DNA of 24,348 nt from assembly GCA_964236955.1 (NCBI GenBank), contig CAXSGP010000073.1:1-24348 (forward strand), read 5' to 3'. Positions 1-12,170 of this stretch are shown piece after piece. The stretch's first letter is position 1. Every line of letters begins with the position of its first letter. Origin of the DNA: an uncultured Oligoflexus sp. (GTDB lineage Bacteria; Bdellovibrionota_B; Oligoflexia; Oligoflexales; Oligoflexaceae). Under the pieces are notes generated by a model. That model saw only the letters and a program-made list of their open reading frames with translations, had not been told where the DNA came from and searched no databases. The position numbers and the translations under genes are program-made.

Positions 1-234
1 GCTTTCGCCATCGAGCAGGACCTCGCCTTCGGTTGGAAAAAGCAGGCCGACGATCATATAAAAGCTGGTGGTCTTGCCGGCTCCATTGGGTCCGAGCAGG
101 CCGACGACTTCGCCTTGCTTGACGTGAAAGGAGGCGCCCTTTACCACCTCGCGCGACTTAAAGAATTTTCTAAGATTCTTGGCCTCAAGCACCGGCTTAT
201 TATCAGTTTCCGCGGGGGCGAGATCTAAGGTCAT
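1..234 (-). CDS. lptB: LPS export ABC transporter ATP-binding protein LptB, N-terminal part (runs off the left edge)
   Basis: Manual translation from ATG at 234 (ATGA overlap with the lptA stop): [64 protein letters not shown]. Contains Walker A plus the LptB-typical GKTTxFYMxVG; lies downstream of lptC-lptA. Confidence 0.93.
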   Translation of the reverse strand, partial: MTLDLAPAETDNKPVLEAKNLRKFFKSREVVKGASFHVKQGEVVGLLGPNGAGKTTSFYMIVGLLFPTEGEVLLDGES

Positions 235-995
235 TTCTTCATCCGTTCTGGCTGCACGACACCCTGAGCCTTATCCACTTTAATCATGCCGCTCGTCACT
301 TCATAGACGATGCGATCACCCTTGATAAGATTTCCGTCACGCCAGAGGCGGGCATTGCCTTCGAGGGCTACGGTCTGCGCAAGATTATCAAACACGGCTT
401 TTTCACTTTTGGCGTTCATGCGTTCCGATGGATCAGCCGAATAGCGGGAGATCGATACCCCGCCCGATAGCAGAGCATTTTTTACGCCGCTTTCCGCAGC
501 GCCGCTGGGCTGCAGCGTGATCTTGGCTTCCTCCGACTCGAGCCGCATATCGTCTTGAGTGATGACGACATCCTTTTGCAGGACCACCATCGATCGATCT
601 TTGGAATAGGTCGACGTCCCATTGCTCTGCAGATGCACGGGTGCGCGTTGCCGCTGCTCCTTGGTTTTTGCCCTTCCTTTGGGATCGCTCGCTTTGCCGG
701 CCGAACGCGGCGGCAGGATCACCTCTTCCATCGGCTCGGGAATCAGCGCGGGCGGCGGCCGCGCGGCCTCGGCAGGCGGCGCCCCGGGATCATGGGCTTT
801 AGGGGTTTTGGACTTGGCCGCAGGCTCGCTTTCCTGGCCTTTTTCCTGCTTTTTTTCTTTGTCCTTATCGGGCTTTTTTTCTTTATCGAGCAGTTCAATA
901 TCGGTGATGATATCGGCATAAGCCAACCGCATGGGCCGACAGATAAGCAAGGCAAGTCCTAGGGCCATGCATAAATTAAGGCTTTTTGTGACCAT
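231..995 (-). CDS. lptA: LPS transport periplasmic protein LptA (OstA-like jellyroll) with a long charged/Pro-rich N-terminal linker
   Basis: C-terminal half resembles LptA/OstA ([56 protein letters not shown]). Start moved from 1151 to ATG 995 (968 also possible), which gives a signal-peptide-like N-terminus and reduces overlap with lptC. Confidence 0.82.
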   Translation of the reverse strand: MVTKSLNLCMALGLALLICRPMRLAYADIITDIELLDKEKKPDKDKEKKQEKGQESEPAAKSKTPKAHDPGAPPAEAARPPPALIPEPMEEVILPPRSAGKASDPKGRAKTKEQRQRAPVHLQSNGTSTYSKDRSMVVLQKDVVITQDDMRLESEEAKITLQPSGAAESGVKNALLSGGVSISRYSADPSERMNAKSEKAVFDNLAQTVALEGNARLWRDGNLIKGDRIVYEVTSGMIKVDKAQGVVQPERMKK

Positions 996-1572
996 CAACC
1001 AGGGTTCCCTCCATTGGACCAAAGACTTTGACGTCTTTAGTTTTTGAGTCATATTCAAAGCCTTTTTTGCCCAGCATATCAGCTTGGGGATTTTGCATGC
1101 GCACCGGCCGATCGGAAACAAGCTTGCCTGTCTCATGATCGTATTTGGCATAATCTGTAAATAGGCTTACATCATCCGATCCAAAGTGCACCTGATTCTC
1201 GAGCACCAGGGTTTGCAGCTTGCTGTCCTTCACCAGCTCCGTCAGCCCCTTCGAGGCAAAGCGAAGAGTGGCCGACTCGGCCGCGACAAACTCCTTGTGC
1301 TCGCCGCTCAAGCGATTGCCTCGCACGGCCCCGAATATTTCCAGAGTATCAGGATCCTGAAACTGAGCAAGCTTGCCCTGAAAGGTTGCGGTGGCACGAT
1401 GATCCTCATACTCATAGAGCACAAATTCCTCGATCGCAATTCGGGGATGACTTTCGTTCACCGCGTCCTTAGCCGCGAGCTTATGCGACTGCTTTTCATT
1501 GCGCTGAAAAAAGACCACCACCGAGCCGATTAGGGCCACCACAAATGCGATTACGACGATGTGTCTGCCCAT
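976..1572 (-). CDS. lptC: LPS export periplasmic protein LptC
   Basis: Single N-terminal TM helix, beta-rich remainder with LptC-like C-terminus (LFTDYAKYDHETGKLVSDRPVRMQ...GKKGFEYD); between kdsD and lptA; AGGAG upstream. Confidence 0.75.
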   Translation of the reverse strand: MGRHIVVIAFVVALIGSVVVFFQRNEKQSHKLAAKDAVNESHPRIAIEEFVLYEYEDHRATATFQGKLAQFQDPDTLEIFGAVRGNRLSGEHKEFVAAESATLRFASKGLTELVKDSKLQTLVLENQVHFGSDDVSLFTDYAKYDHETGKLVSDRPVRMQNPQADMLGKKGFEYDSKTKDVKVFGPMEGTLVDGHKKP

Positions 1573-1734
1573 GGTCTGCTCCTGAGGGATTAAGGCCTCG
1601 GGCTTAGTCTATCATAGGGAGGGTAGGGGATTGAAGCGAAGGGTAGGGCCGCAAAGGGCCTGATTGAGTAAGAATTTACCAAGATTTATGGAAGAAAAGC
1701 CAAATTAAGAGCTGAAAGGCCCGACGCCCAGGCT

Positions 1735-4349
<2,615 letters not shown>

Positions 4350-4541
4350 TTACGCTTTGAGGCGAAATTGATTTTCAGACGGGAGTTTATGCTACCTAAG
4401 GGGATCTAAGTGGTCAAGAAGCTTCGCGCAATCGGCAAACATAATTCTCTGGCTAAATGCCAGGGGGGGTTACGGGGTCATTTCGATCTTGTTAGAATAA
4501 GGAGAGAAAATTTCTTCAAAACCTTCGCTCGTGAGCTGGCT

Positions 4542-5729
4542 GTGTTTAAAAAACTTGTCGCAATGGCAATCCTCTTTCTGCCTGCCTGTAAAATGCTGCC
4601 TCACAACATTCGCAGTGGAACCACAAGCTCCGAAGTCAATAGCTTGCTTGAGAAGGACAGCCTTAATTTTGAGCGCGCTGCCGATGCCCTAAGCGGGGTT
4701 CTTAGCTTTACCCTAAAAGGTGAGTTCAATTGCCGGGTTGAATACTGGTCTCTGGATCCTACAGGAACCCCGCCGCCAGCCTCGCCGCTGACCAGCGAAT
4801 GCCCGACGGTCAAACGCAGCCTGGATCAGAAACTTACGATCGCTGGACTCAAGGCCGGCTTTCCGCTCGCCTTTCGCATCTATGTCTGGCCCAAGACGAC
4901 GACCTTTCTCAAACACTTTGTGCAGGAGTTTCGCGAGAGCCAGGACCTGAGCAAAGCGACCGCCCAAAATTTGGTCATCGTGCGCTACGCAAGTCCTCGC
5001 AACAGCGCCGAGATTTATAGCTTCCGCCTGGCCACGACCCTAAGTATCAAAGACATCAAAGCCAAACTTGGCCAAATCCCGGCGACGCCCTGCGTGGAAA
5101 ACCCGCCGATCGAAGAGCTGCCCTTTATCCGGGCCCATTCGCTTGAAGATCCTCAGAAAAGACCCCTGGCGGGGCTTTCGGCCGTGACAACCGAGGGCTT
5201 TGCCAGTGCTGCGGCCACCGTCCACCCCTTCTACCCAAGCCGGCTTGTTGAGTTTTATGCCCAGACCGCACGCCAGGAAAATTGGAAGTGGAATTTTCAG
5301 TGGGAAGCCAAGGCCTTTTCCTTTGAGAGCCTTCCCCCTGGTTATATAGGCTCGCTTAGCGTCGGTGATGGGACGACGACGCATGTGCTGCAAAACCGCA
5401 ATCTTTCCGGAAGCGTCGAAGCGATTGAAATCAACGCCAATCAGCTGCAGCTTTCACCGCGTATTCTTTTTCCAAGCGATGCCTCGCGCTTGGAATTGAC
5501 CCTAAAGACCCAGGACGCGTCGGAAACGGTCCTCACCTGCCGCTTTCCCATCGACAGGGAAACGCTGACGATTCCCCCCGAATTCATCGGTCGGTTAGCG
5601 GCGGGAAGCTACCTTGCGATCTTTAGCTATGAGACCAATCAGGTCCACTACCAAGACCAAAGCGCCTATCCACCCTGGATCATCACCGCGCAGGACTGGA
5701 TTCAATTTCGTGTGAATAAACGGCTATGA
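4542..5729 (+). CDS. Hypothetical protein, putative lipoprotein
   Basis: Long ORF, open from 4410. In-frame GTG at 4542 gives MFKKLVAMAILFLPA-C, a basic-hydrophobic-Cys lipoprotein-like signal. No family recognised; start uncertain. Confidence 0.65.
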   Translation: MFKKLVAMAILFLPACKMLPHNIRSGTTSSEVNSLLEKDSLNFERAADALSGVLSFTLKGEFNCRVEYWSLDPTGTPPPASPLTSECPTVKRSLDQKLTIAGLKAGFPLAFRIYVWPKTTTFLKHFVQEFRESQDLSKATAQNLVIVRYASPRNSAEIYSFRLATTLSIKDIKAKLGQIPATPCVENPPIEELPFIRAHSLEDPQKRPLAGLSAVTTEGFASAAATVHPFYPSRLVEFYAQTARQENWKWNFQWEAKAFSFESLPPGYIGSLSVGDGTTTHVLQNRNLSGSVEAIEINANQLQLSPRILFPSDASRLELTLKTQDASETVLTCRFPIDRETLTIPPEFIGRLAAGSYLAIFSYETNQVHYQDQSAYPPWIITAQDWIQFRVNKRL

Positions 5730-5737
5730 GGTGCTGA

Positions 5738-6805
5738 TTGCGGGGCATATATTGGATAGGCCTGACGTTGCTAGCCATCGAAGCCTCGGCAGCGAATGGC
5801 GCTACCGTCAAAAAAATCAAGGCCCCCAAGCGACTCGTCATTCTCGACGAGGGCACCCGCAATGGCTTCTTTAAAAAAAAGAAAGTCTGTTTTTATGATG
5901 CCGATAAAAAAAAGGTAGCCTGCGGTAGGGTTAAAGCCGCCAAAGGGAAATCGAGTTCGGTGCTCTTCAAAAAAGAGGCCGATGTCGCCAAGATCACCCT
6001 CGGCATGGAAGCCGATATTGAAATCAGCGATAACAAAGAGGTCAAGATCACAATCGATGAAAACGCTCCCCCTCCCGTCGAAGGCGGCTATCTGGCCTCA
6101 AATTATATTGCGCTGTTTGGCTCCTTTCCCCTGCGCGATACCATCACCTATCAAAACCTTATCTACGATACCCCGCTTGGACAGGATACCGATTCGATGT
6201 GGAAGCAGGATTCCGCCGTCAAATCGGTGGGAATCGGTGGTGAAATCGGCTTTGGTTTCCAGTCCCTTACCCTTTCGATAGGGGCCCGCTCACGCACGTT
6301 TTCCCCGAAACGGGTGCAGGCCGACTACGATAATAAAGTGGGCGACCCGGCCGTCTTCGAGGAATTTGTTGAGTCGATCGGCAGCGCCAGCTCGCTTGGC
6401 TATTGGCTTGACCTCAGCTATCTGCGCTGGGATTATGGGGTTGCCTCGCTCAATTTTGGCAACGGCATTGAAATCGATACCTCCAAGGTCACCTTTACCC
6501 TCGATCATAAATCGGATGAAAACGCTGCGGTCGATCGTTACTATGATGCGACCTCCGAGCTGAGCGCCACCTCCCTTCGCAGCTCCCTACTTCTCGATTT
6601 TAAATTTGGTCCGGTCGGCTTTAAGCTCGGCTCCATCCTGTTTATCCCCGTCGCGCAAAAGGAGGTCCTGACCCTGACCCAGACCGACCCTTTTACCGCG
6701 CAGTTTCTCAAGGGGATTACGCCTGACGAAGACCTCAAGCTTAAGCTTGGGCATAAGGCACAAACGGGTGTTGAGCTTTTACTAATGGGCTATATTTCGT
6801 TTTGA
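5738..6805 (+). CDS. Hypothetical secreted protein, putative outer-membrane beta-barrel with a small basic N-terminal domain
   Basis: TTG start with GAGGTG upstream; signal peptide ending ASA-A; alternating amphipathic segments (VGIGGEIGFGF, YWLDLSYL, LLLDFKF); C-terminal GYISF. Confidence 0.65.
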   Translation: MRGIYWIGLTLLAIEASAANGATVKKIKAPKRLVILDEGTRNGFFKKKKVCFYDADKKKVACGRVKAAKGKSSSVLFKKEADVAKITLGMEADIEISDNKEVKITIDENAPPPVEGGYLASNYIALFGSFPLRDTITYQNLIYDTPLGQDTDSMWKQDSAVKSVGIGGEIGFGFQSLTLSIGARSRTFSPKRVQADYDNKVGDPAVFEEFVESIGSASSLGYWLDLSYLRWDYGVASLNFGNGIEIDTSKVTFTLDHKSDENAAVDRYYDATSELSATSLRSSLLLDFKFGPVGFKLGSILFIPVAQKEVLTLTQTDPFTAQFLKGITPDEDLKLKLGHKAQTGVELLLMGYISF

Positions 6806-7924
6806 TCACAGCCCAAAACGTGTGGGTGAAAACTGGGGAAAGCGCCGCTCGGCACCGCGTCCCATCAGATCGAGCGCCAGCTCCCGGGCACAGGTCTCGG
6901 CCAGATGCATGCCGTTTTTATAAAATCCGCTCATGAGATAGATGCGTTGGGCAAAGGGGCCGGTTGAGAGCCAACCGACAAGCGGCATACGGTCTTTAAA
7001 GCGAAGGCGGACGCCGCTGCGTGATTCGGTCTTTGCATCGCTGCTGAAGCGCAGGCCAAAGCTTGTTTCCGTTTTCATCAAAAGATCAGCAGCATCGGCC
7101 TCAAGCGAAGCTGCGGTAAAACCCTGCCAGGAACTCGAGCCGATGATGACCTGCCCGGGCATTAGGGCAAGCGATTGGTTACCCTTGACCAAGACCTTTC
7201 GAGCATCGCCCTGGGACGCCGCAAGGCGCAGCGTTTGGCCGCCGATCAAAAACATCCGCGGCGCCGTCACGCCGAGGCTTTCCCAAAGTGCAGCAGTACC
7301 GGCGCCACTGGCTAAAATAATCTGATCGAAGGCATCGCCAGGTCCTGATTCATTCGTTTGAAGGAGGACCCTGTTTTCGACGGCTCCAGCCAGGCCCACC
7401 ACCTGATCGGGGTAAATTTTTACGCCCCGCGCCTTTAAAAAGATCTCCAGTGCCTCAAGGACAGCGGAGGGATCAAACCATCCATCGCTTGGATAATGCA
7501 GCCAGCCCAGGGGCGAACGCCCAGCGGCGGCGCAAGGAAGTGCTGGCCGAAGCTCGGTGCCGTGGCAGCCCCAAAAGCGATGCCGATAGACCCGCTGCAC
7601 CGTCGCTTGAAAGTCGGCGGCGTCCCAATAGGGTTCGTCGACACCCTGAAAAAAGCGAGGGATCGGGTGGCCCGACCCAGCTTCAAGCTCATTTAAAAAG
7701 CTTTGCATCGATGCAAGGCTTTCAAGTTTGGCTTTGAAGAGAGGGGATTCATAAAAGAAAAGCCCCTTATTGCATAGCACACCCTGCGCCGCACGGGAGG
7801 CTTGTTCGGCGCCATCACAGCGGCCCCAAATGCTTGGCGTGATGCCGGCTTTGACCAAGTGATAGGCGGCCGTGAGTCCGGCGATGCCGCGGCCAATGAT
7901 GGCCACCCGCTTAACAGAGTTCAT
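6806..7924 (-). CDS. FAD-dependent oxidoreductase (DAO / glycine oxidase / MnmC C-terminal-like)
   Basis: Rossmann motif VAIIGRGIAG, ASRAAQG, DGWFDP, IILASGAG, GVRLRFKDRMPLVG, GFYKNG. Start taken at ATG 7924; ORF open to 7936. Confidence 0.85.
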   Translation of the reverse strand: MNSVKRVAIIGRGIAGLTAAYHLVKAGITPSIWGRCDGAEQASRAAQGVLCNKGLFFYESPLFKAKLESLASMQSFLNELEAGSGHPIPRFFQGVDEPYWDAADFQATVQRVYRHRFWGCHGTELRPALPCAAAGRSPLGWLHYPSDGWFDPSAVLEALEIFLKARGVKIYPDQVVGLAGAVENRVLLQTNESGPGDAFDQIILASGAGTAALWESLGVTAPRMFLIGGQTLRLAASQGDARKVLVKGNQSLALMPGQVIIGSSSWQGFTAASLEADAADLLMKTETSFGLRFSSDAKTESRSGVRLRFKDRMPLVGWLSTGPFAQRIYLMSGFYKNGMHLAETCARELALDLMGRGAERRFPQFSPTRFGL

Positions 7925-8948
7925 GGAGAAGACCAAAGACCTGACGCCTGACAGCGGTGATATGAGGGTTGATACGGGCGCTGATCACCCGGTTGCTTAG
8001 AAAAATTGCATAGCGCTGTGAAGACAAATCAAGCCAAAAAGCGGTTCCCGTAAATCCCAGATGGCCCATCCCCCGGCCCCCGGCAAAAAGCTGGGCACTC
8101 GGACCGGCGCCTCGTCTTAGACCCGACAAGCCTTCAAATGCATGCTCGGAAAGCGCCCTTTGATTGGCTTCAAGATAGGCTAAACCTTCGTTCGATTGAG
8201 AAAGCTTTCTAAGAAAGGTGCCTAGCGTTGGCCCTCGTCCAAACAAACCGGCATGCCCAGCCATGCCACCCAAGGCTGCACAATTTTCATCGTGAACCTC
8301 GCCCTGCAAAAGCCTTTCGCGCAGCGCACAGTAGGCGCTCGGAACAAAGTCCTCAGCCTTAGAGGCTGGCGGCGCGGTAAAGCCAAGCGCACGGGCGTCG
8401 ATGGCAAAGGGCTTAAGAAAAGCCTCCCACAGCTGATCGAGGCGCTGGTCGCTGGCCGCCTCGAGCGCATAGCCAAGCAGTATATAACCCAGGTCAGAAT
8501 AAAGATCGGCTGCCCCCTCAGGAGCTTTCATTCGAGCGAAGGTGTGGGGAATAATGGCGTTTTTTATATGGGGCCGCAGCGCCGGGCCCGCATGAAGATG
8601 GCCCATCCAAAAATTGCGCCAAGCCGGAAGCCCCGAGCGATGGGCAAGCAAGGATTGCGCGGAAAGAGCGGTAAAACAAGGGGCAAAGGCCGCCTGCCAG
8701 GTGCCGGGGGCCCAGCGATCGAGCGGCGCTGCCCAATCTATTCCGTGCCTGCGCAGATACTGGTGGGTAAGGGGAGCTGTGACCAGGGCTTTGGTCAGAC
8801 TCGCCAGATCAAAAAGCGCGCTGGCATTGCCAAAGCTATAGCTTGCCTCCGGCTTATCGAGGCGACCGGCCTCGACATAAAAGTCGGTGAAAAACCCCAG
8901 GCTTTGCTCATGGAGAAGGGCTGCCTTGAGCCGCTCACTCGCTTCCAT
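7911..8948 (-). CDS. Serine hydrolase of the beta-lactamase class C / AmpC-like family
   Basis: FDLASLTK (SxxK), LLAHRSGLP, YSDLGY, GEVHDEN, AGHAGLF, GHLGFTGT, FLSNR; no signal peptide. Start at ATG 8948 or 8957. Confidence 0.88.
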   Translation of the reverse strand: MEASERLKAALLHEQSLGFFTDFYVEAGRLDKPEASYSFGNASALFDLASLTKALVTAPLTHQYLRRHGIDWAAPLDRWAPGTWQAAFAPCFTALSAQSLLAHRSGLPAWRNFWMGHLHAGPALRPHIKNAIIPHTFARMKAPEGAADLYSDLGYILLGYALEAASDQRLDQLWEAFLKPFAIDARALGFTAPPASKAEDFVPSAYCALRERLLQGEVHDENCAALGGMAGHAGLFGRGPTLGTFLRKLSQSNEGLAYLEANQRALSEHAFEGLSGLRRGAGPSAQLFAGGRGMGHLGFTGTAFWLDLSSQRYAIFLSNRVISARINPHITAVRRQVFGLLHELC

Positions 8949-10416
8949 CAAGCGCATCCTTTAACGACTGATTGACCAGGGCCGGATTGAATCGCCCTTG
9001 GGACGCCTTTAAAACCTGACCGACAAGAAAACCAAAAACTTTGGCTTTACCCGCCCGATGCTGGGCGGCCTGATCGGGAAATTGAGTTAAAATATCGGTC
9101 ACAACGCTATTGATTGCAGTGGTGTCAGAGATTTGAATCAGACCCTTGGACTTGATAATCGTGGCCGCCGACGTCTTCTGCTCGAGCATATCTTCAAAGA
9201 CGGTTTTGGCAATCTTTCCCGATATCGTGCCGTCGCCCAGATAACGCAAAAGCCCGGCGAGATCCTGGGCCGACATCATGGGATGGAGCCAGGTGCTTTG
9301 CCGATTGTTAAATTCCCGTACATATTCCGTATTGATCCAGTTGGCCACGATTTTGGGCGCCACCTTACCATCGACCAGCCCGACGACGTTTTCGAAAAAC
9401 TTGGCCAGTTCCAGTTCGTCGGTAAGCTGCGAGGCATCGCTTTCGGGAATATTGAAATCATCAAGAAAGCGCTTCTTTTTAGCTTCGGGCAGCTCGGGAA
9501 TAAGTTCAGCCATAGCTTTGATGCGATCGGATGAAATATAAAGGGGACCCAGATCGGGCTCAGGAAAATAGCGGTAATCAGGGGCATCCTCCTTCGTTCG
9601 CATCATTGCCGTACGTCCCGTAGCGGCATCAAAAAGCAAGGTTGCCTGGCGGATCGAATCGCCAGCATCGAGAACATCGGCCTGACGAAGAATCTCGTAG
9701 GCGATCGCTTTTTCGACGTTTCGAAAGGAGTTGACGTTTTTGATTTCGGTCCGGGTGCCGAGCTTAGTCGCGCCGCGCAGGCGCAGGGAAATATTAACGT
9801 CACAGCGAAAGGAACCCTCCTCCATATTGCCATCGCTGATACCAAGATAACGGACGATGGCGCGCAATCTGCGCAGATAATCGACTGCCTCATCAGGACC
9901 ATGCATCTCGGGTGCACTGACGATTTCCAGCAGGGGTACTCCAGCCCTGTTAAGGTCGACATAGCTAGCGCTGTCGCCATGAATATTTTTGCCGGCATCC
10001 TCCTCCATATGAATACGTTCAATCGCAATGCGGCGACCGTTATCAAGCATTAAGAAGCCATGCTCACAGTAGGGAAGGTCATATTGTGTCAACTGAAAGC
10101 CTTTGGGCAAATCGGGATAAAAGTACTGCTTACGCGCAAAAACACTTTTCTCCCGTATCCTCGCCCCAACCGCCAGGGCCATGCGCACGGCATAGTCGAC
10201 GGCCGTCGTATTGATGACGGGCAAGACCCCGGGCAGGCCAAGGCACAAGGGACAGGTATTTTGATTGGGAAGGGCCCCAAAATCAGTTTTACAGCTGCAA
10301 AATAGCTTGCTGGCGGTATTCAACTGACAATGGACTTCCAGCCCGATTACGGGCTCATAACGGGCCAATGGACCCTTAAAACTTAGGTCGTTCTGACCAA
10401 CGCTTGTACTGCTCAT
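8935..10416 (-). CDS. gatB: Asp/Glu-tRNA amidotransferase subunit B
   Basis: YEPVIGLEVHCQL, RKQYFYPDLPK, HMEEDAGK, DLNRAGVPLLEIVS, GSFRCDVN, DYRYFPEPDL. Likely start ATG 10416. Confidence 0.98.
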   Translation of the reverse strand: MSSTSVGQNDLSFKGPLARYEPVIGLEVHCQLNTASKLFCSCKTDFGALPNQNTCPLCLGLPGVLPVINTTAVDYAVRMALAVGARIREKSVFARKQYFYPDLPKGFQLTQYDLPYCEHGFLMLDNGRRIAIERIHMEEDAGKNIHGDSASYVDLNRAGVPLLEIVSAPEMHGPDEAVDYLRRLRAIVRYLGISDGNMEEGSFRCDVNISLRLRGATKLGTRTEIKNVNSFRNVEKAIAYEILRQADVLDAGDSIRQATLLFDAATGRTAMMRTKEDAPDYRYFPEPDLGPLYISSDRIKAMAELIPELPEAKKKRFLDDFNIPESDASQLTDELELAKFFENVVGLVDGKVAPKIVANWINTEYVREFNNRQSTWLHPMMSAQDLAGLLRYLGDGTISGKIAKTVFEDMLEQKTSAATIIKSKGLIQISDTTAINSVVTDILTQFPDQAAQHRAGKAKVFGFLVGQVLKASQGRFNPALVNQSLKDALDGSE

Positions 10417-11860
10417 ATTGATAGGCACTCCTGAGCAGCTCCCCTTCATGATGGGCTTTTCCCATCAATTGCAAGCCAATCGGCAAACCTTTTCGATCGA
10501 GATCGATAGGGAGCGATAGGGCAGGAATACCCGAAAGGTTGGCTGCGATCGTATAGATATCCATTAAGTACATGGCGAGAGAATCTTCAGTTTTTTGGCC
10601 AAGAACAAAGGCCGTGGTTGGTGCGGTTGGTGTGGCGATTAGATCGACACCCGAGGCAAACACGGCCTCAAAGTCACGGCGAATAAGTTCTCTCACTCGG
10701 TTCGCCTTGGCATAATAGGCATCGTAATAACCTGAAGATAAGACATAAGTGCCAAGCATAATGCGCTGCTTAACCTCGCGGCCAAAGCCCTCGCTCCGCG
10801 ACTGCGCATAGAGGTCTTTCAAACTGTTGCCGGGCCTAGCGGCGCGGACGCCAAAGCGAATACCATCAAAACGCGCAAGATTCGACGAGGCTTCGGCAGT
10901 CGCCAGGATATAGTAGGCCGGAATTACGAATCGCAGGTTTGGCATTGCGATTTTTCGGATCGTGCAGCCGAGCTCCTGATAGTGCTCGATGCTTTTATAG
11001 AAACTGGCCCGCACGTCCTCGTCCACGCCAGCAGCCAAAAGCTCATCGGCGATGCCAATCGTCAGACCTTGCCAAGGACGGTCCAAAGCGGCTTCGGTTT
11101 TTTCCAGACCGCTTGTATCGATCGAAGTGGCGTCAAGGGGATCATGCTTACGCAAAATATCAAAGGTAAGGGCCAGATCGCGGGCATTGCGACCGATGGC
11201 GCCGATCTGGTCAAAGGAAGAGGCGTAGGCGACAAGTCCATAACGACTCACCGCGCCATAGCTAGGCTTTAAGCCAAGCACCCCGCAAAAACTTGCTGGC
11301 TGGCGCACCGAGCCCCCCGTATCACTGCCAAGCGCAAGGCTTGCCATGCCGGCGGCGACGGCGGCTGCTGATCCACCTGAAGAACCACCCGAAACATGCT
11401 GCCTGTTCCACGGGTTACGCACCGCTCCAAAGGCCGAATTTTCGTTGGACGAGCCCATCCCGAACTCATCCATATTGGTTCGACCCAAAAGGATGGCGCC
11501 GGCTTGCTTGAGCTGCTTGATGACGGTGGCATCATAAGCGGCCCGATGATTGCGCAGAAACTTCGAGCCACAGCTGACGATAGCGCCTTCCGCCATAATA
11601 TTATCTTTGATCGCAATGGGCACCCCCGCCAAAGGCAAGTGCTTATGGGCGCGACGCGCGGCTTCGATGTAATCGAGTTGTTTTTCGGTTTCGTTAAAAA
11701 CCGCTTCCTTGTCCCAAAAGACATGGGTATTTAGCTCTCTATGCAGATCTTCAGTGCGCTGGAGAAAAGTAGAGGCGACATCGGCAGCCTTCAGACTTCC
11801 TTCGTTCACCGCGCTGGCGATCTCGCTGGCGCTTATCTGTATAGGATCAAAACTCGACAT
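10376..11860 (-). CDS. gatA: Asp/Glu-tRNA amidotransferase subunit A
   Basis: Amidase signature GVPIAIKDN, GGSSGGSAA, GSDTGGSVRQPA; EASSNLARFDG; RIMLGTYVLSSGYYDAYY. Likely start ATG 11860. Confidence 0.98.
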   Translation of the reverse strand: MSSFDPIQISASEIASAVNEGSLKAADVASTFLQRTEDLHRELNTHVFWDKEAVFNETEKQLDYIEAARRAHKHLPLAGVPIAIKDNIMAEGAIVSCGSKFLRNHRAAYDATVIKQLKQAGAILLGRTNMDEFGMGSSNENSAFGAVRNPWNRQHVSGGSSGGSAAAVAAGMASLALGSDTGGSVRQPASFCGVLGLKPSYGAVSRYGLVAYASSFDQIGAIGRNARDLALTFDILRKHDPLDATSIDTSGLEKTEAALDRPWQGLTIGIADELLAAGVDEDVRASFYKSIEHYQELGCTIRKIAMPNLRFVIPAYYILATAEASSNLARFDGIRFGVRAARPGNSLKDLYAQSRSEGFGREVKQRIMLGTYVLSSGYYDAYYAKANRVRELIRRDFEAVFASGVDLIATPTAPTTAFVLGQKTEDSLAMYLMDIYTIAANLSGIPALSLPIDLDRKGLPIGLQLMGKAHHEGELLRSAYQYEQYKRWSERPKF

Positions 11861-11879
11861 CACTCTTGCTCCGTGGCTC

Positions 11880-12170
11880 TCACTCAATAATCCTGGGAAC
11901 CTGAAACGCCGTCCCGACGACTTTGGGAGCGCTTTGTAAAACCTTTTCAATAACCGAAGATGCCTTGGCTACATCCGGCCGTTCTGGGCAGGGCTTCCCA
12001 GCCGTATCGGCTCTCCATTCCGTGGGCAGGGGGTCCGAAGCCTCTTGCATCAGCTGCATGTAATCCAATACAGATCCCAGCTGCTGCTGGTAATAGGCAA
12101 CTTCCTCTTCAGAGAGTTGAATATTGGCCAAGCGAGCCACCTTTTCCACGGTTTGGCGATTGATTTCCAT
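11880..12170 (-). CDS. gatC: Asp/Glu-tRNA amidotransferase subunit C
   Basis: 96 aa; VEKVARLANIQLSEEE at the N-terminus and APK...FQVPRIIE at the C-terminus; directly upstream of gatA. Confidence 0.95.
   Translation of the reverse strand: MEINRQTVEKVARLANIQLSEEEVAYYQQQLGSVLDYMQLMQEASDPLPTEWRADTAGKPCPERPDVAKASSVIEKVLQSAPKVVGTAFQVPRIIE

Noticed and set aside
6800..6811. Convergent stop codons abutting as TGATCA with no terminator
   Set aside because: A 6-bp palindrome follows automatically from two adjacent TGA stops; common in compact genomes.
7911..8948. Antibiotic-resistance beta-lactamase call
   Set aside because: No signal peptide, and YSD and GHxGFTG motifs fit the wider esterase/amidase branch; resistance cannot be inferred.
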